Made by a program: the position numbers and the translations under genes | In this document: in pieces, positions 46,055 through 53,855 of the stretch | Layout: each line of letters begins with the position of its first letter | Numbering within the stretch: position 1 is the stretch's first letter | The notes under the pieces: generated by a model | Seen by the model: only the letters and a program-made list of their open reading frames with translations | Told to the model about the DNA's origin: nothing | The model's database searches: none | From: Bdellovibrionales bacterium | GTDB lineage: Bacteria; Bdellovibrionota; Bdellovibrionia; Bdellovibrionales; UBA1609 | DNA: 64,000 nucleotides | Assembly (NCBI GenBank): GCA_043764155.1 | Contig: JAYUKW010000001.1 | Coordinates: 118,027 to 182,026, forward strand | Direction: 5' to 3'

Positions 46055-46114
46055 GAATCTTAGGCTGAATCTTAGGTTAAATCTTAGGTTAAACCTTGAG
46101 TTAAACCTAAGGTT
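46055..46114. repeat. five tandem 12-bp repeats (consensus RAATCTTAGGTT)
   Basis: Units: gaatcttaggct, gaatcttaggtt, aaatcttaggtt, aaaccttgagtt, aaacctaaggtt. A degenerate copy is near 45993-46006 and an inverted degenerate copy near 46151-46166. Lies in the divergent promoter region. Confidence 0.85.
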
Positions 46115-46195
46115 TAATAAATTAATATTTGAGATGCAAAATAATCTCAAAACCTCTAAGATCTTAAATAATTAGTTATTTAAGGAGTTTTATTT

Positions 46196-46996
46196 ATGGC
46201 TATAAAAAGTACAGCTTTAATCACTGGAGCATCAAGTGGAATTGGTTATGAGTTGGCTAAAATTTTAGCCAACAAGAACTTTGACTTAGTTTTAGTGGCT
46301 CGTTCAAAAGATAAATTAGATAAACTTAAAAAAGAAATTTTATCTACAATTAAAGAAAATAAAGTCGATATTAAAATCAAAAGAATAGTGCTTGATTTGG
46401 CTTTACAAGAAAGCCCTTTAAAACTTTTTGAAATTTTAAAGCAAGAATCAATCTCAATCACCCATTTGATTAATAACGCTGGCGTGGGCGAACTTAATCG
46501 TTTCGATATGACAGATTGGTCTAAGTTGTCCCAAATGATCGATCTAAACATGAAGGCCTTAACTCATTTAAGTCATTTGTTTTTGCCTGAGCTTAAAACT
46601 AAATCTTCAGCCTGTATTTTAAATGTCTCTTCGATTGCTGCTTTTTTACCTGGTCCAAATATGGCCGTATACTATGCAACTAAAGCCTATGTGCAGTCTT
46701 TTTCGGAAGCTTTAGCTGAAGAGCTTTCAAATACAAATTTAAAAGTTATTTCTTTATGCCCTGGACCTACAAAATCGGGTTTTCAAGAAGCGGCCTCTAT
46801 TTCAACTAACAGTCCCTTATTTGCAGGGGTGCCATCGTCATTTGAGGTGGCTTTATATGCTGTGAAGCTGATGGAAAGTAATTCTAGAGTTGGTGTTCAT
46901 GGATTTAAAAATAAAGCTATGGTATTTTCATTAAGGTTTTTGCCTCGCAGATTAATCACCAAAGTGGTGACAAAAATTCAAGCATCAAGAACTTAA
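46196..46996 (+). CDS. short-chain dehydrogenase/reductase
   Basis: 266 aa; TGASSGIGYE, YYATKAYV. Confidence 0.85.
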   Translation: MAIKSTALITGASSGIGYELAKILANKNFDLVLVARSKDKLDKLKKEILSTIKENKVDIKIKRIVLDLALQESPLKLFEILKQESISITHLINNAGVGELNRFDMTDWSKLSQMIDLNMKALTHLSHLFLPELKTKSSACILNVSSIAAFLPGPNMAVYYATKAYVQSFSEALAEELSNTNLKVISLCPGPTKSGFQEAASISTNSPLFAGVPSSFEVALYAVKLMESNSRVGVHGFKNKAMVFSLRFLPRRLITKVVTKIQASRT

Positions 46997-47030
46997 ACTT
47001 AAATTATTAATTATAAAAAAGGAATATGCG

Positions 47031-47906
47031 ATGGTATCTGAAATTTTTAATCCCGAGTTGTGGACTACTGTAGAAGGTTTTAGTTTTTCAGATATCACTT
47101 ATCATCAGGCTAAAAATCAAGGAACAGTTCGAATTGCATTTAACCGCCCTGAGGTTCGAAATGCGTTTCGTCCGCAAACGGTGGATGAGCTTTACACCGC
47201 TTTAGATCACGCTAGACAAAATCCGAGAGTTGGAACTGTAATTTTAACTGGAAATGGGCCTTCCCCAAAAGACGCCGGATGGGCTTTTTGCTCCGGCGGG
47301 GATCAGCGGGTCCGCGGTGAATCTGGCTACCAGTACGATCCCTTATCTAAGGCCGGTCGTCTTCATATTTTAGAAGTGCAGCGCCTTATTCGCTTTATGC
47401 CAAAAGTTGTTGTGTGTGTTGTCCCTGGATGGGCTGTGGGGGGTGGGCATTCACTTCATGTTGTGTGTGACTTAACTTTGGCGAGCGTTGAGCATGCCGT
47501 CTTTAAGCAAACCGATGCTGACGTTGCTAGTTTTGACGGGGGATACGGCTCCGCATATTTAGCTAAAATGGTAGGACAAAAGAAAGCTCGCGAAATTTTC
47601 TTTTTAGGAAAAAGTTATAGCGCACAACAAGCGCTAGAAATGGGAATGGTGAACGCCGTTTTTAATCATAATGAATTAGAATCAGAAGCTTTAAAATGGT
47701 GTGCAGAGATCAATTCAAAAAGTCCAACTTCGATCCGAATGTTGAAGTATGCATTTAACTTAGCCGATGATGGAATGGTGGGGCAGCAACTTTTTGCAGG
47801 CGAAGCCACACGTTTGGCTTATGGAACAGAAGAGGCCAAAGAAGGACGGGATGCGTTCTTAGAAAAACGAGATCAAGATTTTTCTGAATTTCCATATCAT
47901 TTTTAA
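47031..47906 (+). CDS. menB: 1,4-dihydroxy-2-naphthoyl-CoA synthase
   Basis: 291 aa; crotonase fold; FCSGGDQRVRG; C-terminal DFSEFPYHF typical of MenB. Confidence 0.85.
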   Translation: MVSEIFNPELWTTVEGFSFSDITYHQAKNQGTVRIAFNRPEVRNAFRPQTVDELYTALDHARQNPRVGTVILTGNGPSPKDAGWAFCSGGDQRVRGESGYQYDPLSKAGRLHILEVQRLIRFMPKVVVCVVPGWAVGGGHSLHVVCDLTLASVEHAVFKQTDADVASFDGGYGSAYLAKMVGQKKAREIFFLGKSYSAQQALEMGMVNAVFNHNELESEALKWCAEINSKSPTSIRMLKYAFNLADDGMVGQQLFAGEATRLAYGTEEAKEGRDAFLEKRDQDFSEFPYHF

Positions 47907-48009
47907 AAACCCTCTGACCCTTTTTTCTGTCCAATCTGCGTCAAAAATTCATATATATTGGAATAATTTTTGACGCAGTTTGGACAGAAAAAAGGGTCAG
48001 AGGGTTTTT
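47905..48009. terminator. 45-bp-stem hairpin between convergent menB and the hotdog gene (bidirectional terminator candidate)
   Basis: 47905-47949 pairs with 47965-48009 with a single mismatch (47935/47979); 15-nt loop. The left arm starts within the menB stop codon. The right arm covers the last codons and stop of the convergent gene. Confidence 0.7.
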
Positions 48010-48479
48010 ATGCCGCGTTTTTTTAAAGATAAAGTCAGTTCAAAAGTCATGATATGGTCGTTTAAGTTAGAAACTTCGAAGGCTTTTCCACGAATAATTT
48101 TTTCTTCTCTTTCGCCAGAAAGTAAAGCTTTTGAGATCAGATCTTCAACATCTTTAGTTTGTTCGCAAATAAAATGAACATCACCTTCTGCTCGTTTTAA
48201 GAAGTCAGCTTTAAAATCTTTAAATAAAAAATTGATAGGCTTCTTTTTTAAAAAAACCAATTCCACAGCTTTAAGCGCACACGTCAACTCTGCGCCCACA
48301 GTCAAAGCCCCAAAGTACATAGCCCCTAAATGGTTTTTAGTTCTACGTTTAAGTTTAATTTCAACTACAGATCTTTTTTCACTAAGCTCTAAAACTCGTG
48401 GTCTCATAAATGCAATAATTGGAATCTTAAAAAAAGTTAACAAATAAATCATAAAACTTAATTTCGTTTCTGCTTTCAT
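47997..48479 (-). CDS. hotdog-fold thioesterase-like protein (DUF4442/YiiD_C-like)
   Basis: 160 aa from the ATG at 48479 (GGAG RBS). The track ORF extension to 48545 runs through an inverted repeat. Family assignment is by weak recollection only. Confidence 0.45.
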   Translation of the reverse strand: MKAETKLSFMIYLLTFFKIPIIAFMRPRVLELSEKRSVVEIKLKRRTKNHLGAMYFGALTVGAELTCALKAVELVFLKKKPINFLFKDFKADFLKRAEGDVHFICEQTKDVEDLISKALLSGEREEKIIRGKAFEVSNLNDHIMTFELTLSLKKRGIKTL

Positions 48480-48489
48480 ATTTACTCCA

Positions 48490-48606
48490 AAAAGTGCCAG
48501 GTTCCGTTTGCGAATTAATGTTGTTATTATCGATTTGGTATTCAATTTAAATGCATTTCAAACCATAACAAATGCGTTTAATCCACAAACGGAACCTGGC
48601 ACTTTT
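48490..48606. repeat. 21-bp perfect inverted repeat flanking a 75-bp spacer
   Basis: aaaagtgccaggttccgtttg (48490-48510) pairs with caaacggaacctggcactttt (48586-48606). The right arm abuts and overlaps the POT stop codon. Confidence 0.85.
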
Positions 48607-50038
48607 AGGTGGGTTCGGCGAGGTTGTGATCTTGTAGGAATGTTTTTTCTTTGTAGAAGTAGGCGATGATCATAAAGATGATTCCGGCCCAAAAGACCAT
48701 AGCGGTGAAAAACCAAAAGTAGTTCGCGCCGGCGAGGATATTAAAACCAAGGGCTTTGTCTTTGGCCACAAGACCATTGACGTTGGCCGTGACGATATTT
48801 CCTAAAGATATTGAAAACATAAATAAGGCCATAACAAACGACTTCATGCTGTTTGGTGCCTGAGTGTAAGAAAATTCTAAAGCTGTGATTGAAATTAATA
48901 TTTCAGCCGCAGTGATCAATACAAAAGCTAGAACCTGCCAAAGCATAGATGGTGTTGCACCGTTTTGAATCCACTGCTCTGTTATAGCGATAACAGCAAA
49001 TGAAGCTGCTGTTAGAAAAAAGCCAACACTGATTTTTCTAAGTGGAGTTACTTTTACCCTGCGTTCAAAGAAAGGATAAATAATTAAAGTAAAAAGTGGA
49101 ATATAAAGTAAAACTAAAACCGGATTTACTGCTTGAACTTGCGCAGGCAAAATAGTGAAGCTAGCAAAACCTAAATTCACAATACGATCAAGCTTGTCAG
49201 CTTGTAACACCCATGATGAGCCCGTCTGGTCGTAGAGGGCCCAGAATACAGCGATCACTAAATAGATAAGACCGAGTTTTAAAAGAGCAAAAATTCCGTC
49301 TCTGCTTTTTAGATCTTTTAAAAATGTAGCTCCGTCAGCAGGCATAGCTATGAACTCGTGGCGACCCATATAAAATATGACGGTCGCTACGAACATTAAA
49401 ATCCCAGGAATACCAAAGGCGACAGATGGACCATAAATCTCTAACATCCAAGGAATGATTAATATTGAGAAAAATGATCCAAAGTTAATAGACATATAAA
49501 AGTAACTAAACACTTTATCTATTAAATGTTTTTTACTAGCGTCGAACTGATCGCCAACATGCGCAGACACACAGGGCTTGATCCCACCAGAACCAATAGC
49601 GATAAGTCCCAATCCTACAGCAAGTAAAGTTTTGGGTTCAGCAAGAGTTAAAATAAACGGAACTTCCATTAAGGCTAAAACCAGATGTCCAACACAATAA
49701 ACCAGAGACAATCCAATAATCGTTTTATATTTCCCTAAAAATAAATCAGCCAGCAAAGCGCCAAATAGTGGAAAAAAATAAACTGCAGCAACAAAATAAT
49801 GATACCATTCAGAGGCTTCAGAACCGGTAAAAAAAGCATCCTTACCTTGGCTATCTAAAATAAACTTAGTCATAAAAATCATCAGAATAGCTTTCATTCC
49901 ATAAAAACTAAATCTCTCAGCAGCTTCATTCCCGATGATATAAAAAACCCCTTTAGGCATTTTATCTTTTGATGCACTAGTCATTTGATTTTGAGACTGG
50001 TTCGGCGTTTTATTATTGGTGCTACTAATTGAACTCAT
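48605..50038 (-). CDS. POT-family proton-dependent oligopeptide transporter
   Basis: 477 aa; GNEAAERFSFYGM (ExxERFxYYG-type) signature; about 12-14 TM. Confidence 0.85.
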   Translation of the reverse strand: MSSISSTNNKTPNQSQNQMTSASKDKMPKGVFYIIGNEAAERFSFYGMKAILMIFMTKFILDSQGKDAFFTGSEASEWYHYFVAAVYFFPLFGALLADLFLGKYKTIIGLSLVYCVGHLVLALMEVPFILTLAEPKTLLAVGLGLIAIGSGGIKPCVSAHVGDQFDASKKHLIDKVFSYFYMSINFGSFFSILIIPWMLEIYGPSVAFGIPGILMFVATVIFYMGRHEFIAMPADGATFLKDLKSRDGIFALLKLGLIYLVIAVFWALYDQTGSSWVLQADKLDRIVNLGFASFTILPAQVQAVNPVLVLLYIPLFTLIIYPFFERRVKVTPLRKISVGFFLTAASFAVIAITEQWIQNGATPSMLWQVLAFVLITAAEILISITALEFSYTQAPNSMKSFVMALFMFSISLGNIVTANVNGLVAKDKALGFNILAGANYFWFFTAMVFWAGIIFMIIAYFYKEKTFLQDHNLAEPT

Positions 50039-50129
50039 AAATCCCCTTAATTATTTATATTTAATTTTTAAGTTCACTTTGCATTTATACATTTTAATCA
50101 AACTGAAAACTAAAAAATAAATAAACTCG

Positions 50130-50978
50130 TTAAAATGCTAACTTTAAACAAAATACAGATCCGCCAGATTTTAAAAACTCAGACGTATCTACCTTTTTAA
50201 TTTTAAATTTATAATCACCTAATCTAGAAATCGTATCTACATTCTGTTGATCAATAATGACTGTTTTGCCATCGGGGCAAAACAAATTACAAGCTAAAGA
50301 CTTTCTAGCTTCTTCAATTGGAATTTCAATTTTTAATTTAAAGTGCTGATCAAGTTTTTTTAAAGAGTCCTTATCAAAAGCCTCTTTAACGTAAGCGCAC
50401 GTATCTTGGTCTAAAATCGCTAAACAAGTATCTAGATGATAAAAATAAGGACTAATAAGTTTTAAATTGATTACTGGTTTTTGAATTATCTTTTTTAACT
50501 GATTTGCGACATCTTGATGGGTCCGATAACCATGGCCTAAAAAAAGTTTATTATTTTCAAACGACCATAAAGCATCGCCCATACCTTCAAATGGACCAAT
50601 ATTAAGTTGGTACGTTTTGTAGCCTCTTTCATTAGCCCATTGTTTAAAAAATATAACTTCACCTGCCCGTTCTGCCGTTGCCATATGACTTAGAACAAAA
50701 CTTAGCTGGTTATAGTTAGAAGGATCTTTAAATGGTAAAAGCTGATTGGCAGTAAAGACCATATCCGGATGCGTTTCTGAAGCTGTAACTTGAAGAACAT
50801 TAAAGCCTAAATCCAAATAAATTTGCTGCAAAGCATCCCATTGTTGCCGAGCAATTCGTTCATTTACTATTTTCAGCTCACCATCGACGGCCCGCATAAA
50901 AGGATTGATTTCATAGCCTATTTTGAAATATGTCGGTGGCACCATTAATATATTTTGAGTCCGAGATTCTTTATTCAT
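50130..50978 (-). CDS. amidinotransferase / dimethylarginine dimethylaminohydrolase-fold enzyme (guanidino-group modifying superfamily)
   Basis: ILMVPPTYF N-terminus; C-terminal SGGSVFCLKL catalytic-Cys motif; start set at the ATG at 50978 (the track ORF extends to 51053). Confidence 0.65.
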   Translation of the reverse strand: MNKESRTQNILMVPPTYFKIGYEINPFMRAVDGELKIVNERIARQQWDALQQIYLDLGFNVLQVTASETHPDMVFTANQLLPFKDPSNYNQLSFVLSHMATAERAGEVIFFKQWANERGYKTYQLNIGPFEGMGDALWSFENNKLFLGHGYRTHQDVANQLKKIIQKPVINLKLISPYFYHLDTCLAILDQDTCAYVKEAFDKDSLKKLDQHFKLKIEIPIEEARKSLACNLFCPDGKTVIIDQQNVDTISRLGDYKFKIKKVDTSEFLKSGGSVFCLKLAF

Positions 50979-51120
50979 GGCCCACTTTGACAGCCCGTTT
51001 GTCCAAAGTCTAGCATAGACACTGAGCCTACAAATACAAACGCACCTATGCATTTTAAAAATTAATCTTAAAAGCTAAAGTTTCGTTTTAATTTAGGTAT
51101 CAACAACAAAAGGGGATCTT

Positions 51121-52452
51121 ATGCTTCGGAGCAAACTAAACCAATTTATCGGGATATTATTTTTAGGACTTATTACCACGCAGGCATCAGCAGATATTAT
51201 AAATATAAAAAGTTTATCTAAGAAATTAGATCCAGCAAAACAGCAGCTGATTTTAAATCATAATTCTAGTGTGACTCAATCGGGTCAATGGCTTAATTCA
51301 ACATCAACACCTGGCCTTACAGTTAAAAGACCTGTGGCTGAATACGAAGATGCGGGTTATCTACTTTTTTATTCTGAAACTCACTTTAATTCAGCAGATG
51401 TAAAAGCTAAATTGATTCAGAATTTACCTTCTGGTGTTACGGCTGTTATTTATACAGATTCTGATAATAGAAAAGATCAAGAAGCACTTTATAGATACTA
51501 CAGTGAAATGGCGCCTAACAAAGACCAAGTAAAGGTTATTAACATTCCTAATCCTTCTAAAATCATCACTTATAAAGATGAGTCTGGAGATGAACAAGAA
51601 GAAGAAGTTCAACCTGATGGATTTTGGTCAAGAGACACGATTCCAGTTCCTGTAATTCAAACATCAAATGTGAGCCCAATTCGTGCTCTCACAGAAAAAT
51701 TTACTGTTGTAGACGCTAAGTACTACCAAGAGTATGAGCCGGATCAGTATATTTCAGATTATTTCAACGCCAGCCTTTTATCTCATAAATATTACTACGA
51801 AGGTGGGAATTTTATGGCGAATGCAAATGGCGACTGTATTATGATCGACACAGAGGCCGCTCAGCTTATTCCTACCCAAGTCTTAACTAGAAGCTATGGA
51901 TGTAAAAATTTAATGCGTATGCCGTATCTTAAGGGTATTGGGCATGCCGATGAAAGTTTTAAATTTATTTCTGATAATCATGTCTTAACTGACGACACTA
52001 GATATAAAAGGATGCTTGAAGCTAAAGGCTTTAAAGTGTCTTTGCTGCCACGACCGAAGAGAGATTATGAAACGTATGTGAACTCATTAATAATTAACGG
52101 AACAGTTTGGGTCCCAGTTTATCAACAGGCCACAGACCAAACTGCATTAGATGTTTATAGAAACTTAGGCCTCAAAGTGATTGCCGCTGACAGCACCATT
52201 TTATCTAACGAAGGGGCGGGGTCTATTCACTGTATAACTATGACTTATCCTAAAACAACAAACTTTAATGATTTGCTAGCTAATTTCGGAGCCACAGATG
52301 TTGTTGATAGCGCCTCTATTGACTCTTATGTTGAAAAAAAAGTTTTAGTATTTAAGCAAGAATTAAAAGATCAAATTGAAATCTTAAAAGACCCAGGATT
52401 AGATAGATATTTAGATACTCTTTATGAAGAGGAAAAAGAACTGAAAAATTAG
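51121..52452 (+). CDS. secreted agmatine deiminase / Porphyromonas-type peptidyl-arginine deiminase family protein
   Basis: 443 aa; signal peptide ending ASA; FWSRDTIPVPV and GAGSIHCITM catalytic-Cys motif. Confidence 0.65.
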   Translation: MLRSKLNQFIGILFLGLITTQASADIINIKSLSKKLDPAKQQLILNHNSSVTQSGQWLNSTSTPGLTVKRPVAEYEDAGYLLFYSETHFNSADVKAKLIQNLPSGVTAVIYTDSDNRKDQEALYRYYSEMAPNKDQVKVINIPNPSKIITYKDESGDEQEEEVQPDGFWSRDTIPVPVIQTSNVSPIRALTEKFTVVDAKYYQEYEPDQYISDYFNASLLSHKYYYEGGNFMANANGDCIMIDTEAAQLIPTQVLTRSYGCKNLMRMPYLKGIGHADESFKFISDNHVLTDDTRYKRMLEAKGFKVSLLPRPKRDYETYVNSLIINGTVWVPVYQQATDQTALDVYRNLGLKVIAADSTILSNEGAGSIHCITMTYPKTTNFNDLLANFGATDVVDSASIDSYVEKKVLVFKQELKDQIEILKDPGLDRYLDTLYEEEKELKN

Positions 52453-52503
52453 TTTTTTATTTAAACTTGAATCCTTCAGGCGATAGATTATAACCTAAGC
52501 TTG

Positions 52504-53808
52504 ATGGATTTATTTGAAACTCAAGAAAATTTAAATCTAAATCAGCCTTTGTCGGAAAGACTTAGGCCTAAGTCTTTCGAAGACTTTATCAAGCAAGACA
52601 AATCCAAATCTAAATTCGAAAATTTAATTAAACAGTTTAACGAAGGTGTCGTTTATAACTTGATTTTATGGGGTCCACCGGGAAGCGGTAAAACCAGTTT
52701 TGCAAACATTATTAAATTAAACACGAAGGCTTTTTTTATTCAGTCCCACGCAGTTGATCTTTCCACTAAAGTGATTAAAGATTTTTGTGAGCAGTCAAAA
52801 AATAGATTTTTAATGCAAAATCAAAAATCTATTTTATTTATTGATGAAATCCATCGCTTAAATAAATCCCAGCAGGATATATTCCTACAATATATTGAAA
52901 AAGGGTTTATTTATTTAATAGGGGCGACGACCGAAAATCCGAGCTATGAATTAAATAAAGCCATCATGAGCCGTTGTAAGCTATTATTTTTTGAACCTCA
53001 TAGTCCAGATAATTTAAAATCACTATTTTTAAAAGCCTTAGCTAGAGATGACATTTCATCAACAGATTTAATTGAACATGGAACCCTAGAGCTTTTGATT
53101 CAAAGTTGTCAGGGGGACGCAAGACTTTTACTAAATAAAGCTGAAGACTTAATTCAAAGTTTTAAATTTAAAACGCTAAGCTTCCCATTAACTATTGAAG
53201 ACCTAAAAAAATATTTTTTTGAAACTTCAATTGCTTATGATAAATCAGGGGACGAACACTATAATGTAATCTCTGCGTTTATTAAAAGTATACGTGGCAG
53301 TGATCCAGATGCCGCCATTTATTATTTAGCCCGCATGATTTATTCAGGTGAAGATCCAGTATTTATTGCTAGAAGACTTATTATTTTGGCTTCAGAAGAT
53401 ATTGGAAATGCCGATCCCCAAGCCTTAACTTTAGCAGTCTCAACACTTAAAGCCGTTGAAGTGATAGGCTTACCCGAGGCTAGGATTAATTTAGCTCAAT
53501 GTGTAATTTATCTGGCATCTGCACCTAAATCTAATGCATCTTACTTAGCTATTAATAAGGCTATGGATTTAGTTGAGCGAACAAAAAATTTAAAGATTCC
53601 GCTGTATTTAAGATCAGCTCAAACAGAGTTGATGAAAAACTTAGGTTACGGCAAGGACTATAAGTATGCCCATGACTTTCCAAAGCATTGGGTGGGTCAG
53701 AATTATTTACCTACAGAAATATCAAGTGAAAGCTTTTATCAGCCCACCCAGCAAGGTTTTGAAAAACGTATCACTGAGTATTTGAACTGGCTTAAAAAAA
53801 CTGAATAG
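52504..53808 (+). CDS. rarA: replication-associated recombination protein A (MgsA/RarA AAA+ ATPase)
   Basis: WGPPGSGKTS, FIDEIHR, GDARLLLN; MgsA C-terminal domain. Confidence 0.85.
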   Translation: MDLFETQENLNLNQPLSERLRPKSFEDFIKQDKSKSKFENLIKQFNEGVVYNLILWGPPGSGKTSFANIIKLNTKAFFIQSHAVDLSTKVIKDFCEQSKNRFLMQNQKSILFIDEIHRLNKSQQDIFLQYIEKGFIYLIGATTENPSYELNKAIMSRCKLLFFEPHSPDNLKSLFLKALARDDISSTDLIEHGTLELLIQSCQGDARLLLNKAEDLIQSFKFKTLSFPLTIEDLKKYFFETSIAYDKSGDEHYNVISAFIKSIRGSDPDAAIYYLARMIYSGEDPVFIARRLIILASEDIGNADPQALTLAVSTLKAVEVIGLPEARINLAQCVIYLASAPKSNASYLAINKAMDLVERTKNLKIPLYLRSAQTELMKNLGYGKDYKYAHDFPKHWVGQNYLPTEISSESFYQPTQQGFEKRITEYLNWLKKTE

Positions 53809-53855
53809 AAGTGCCGATGGATGACTCGTAACGGCCCCAACTTTAAGTAAAAATC

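Noticed and set aside
46013-46114. Short AT-rich and 12-bp tandem repeats as a possible CRISPR array
   Set aside because: The units are contiguous with no spacers and only 12 bp long, and there are no cas genes. It is a simple tandem repeat.
48480-48545. N-terminal extension of track ORF 47997-48545
   Set aside because: The extension reads through the 21-bp inverted repeat. The ATG at 48479 has a GGAG RBS and gives a typical about 160-aa hotdog-size protein.
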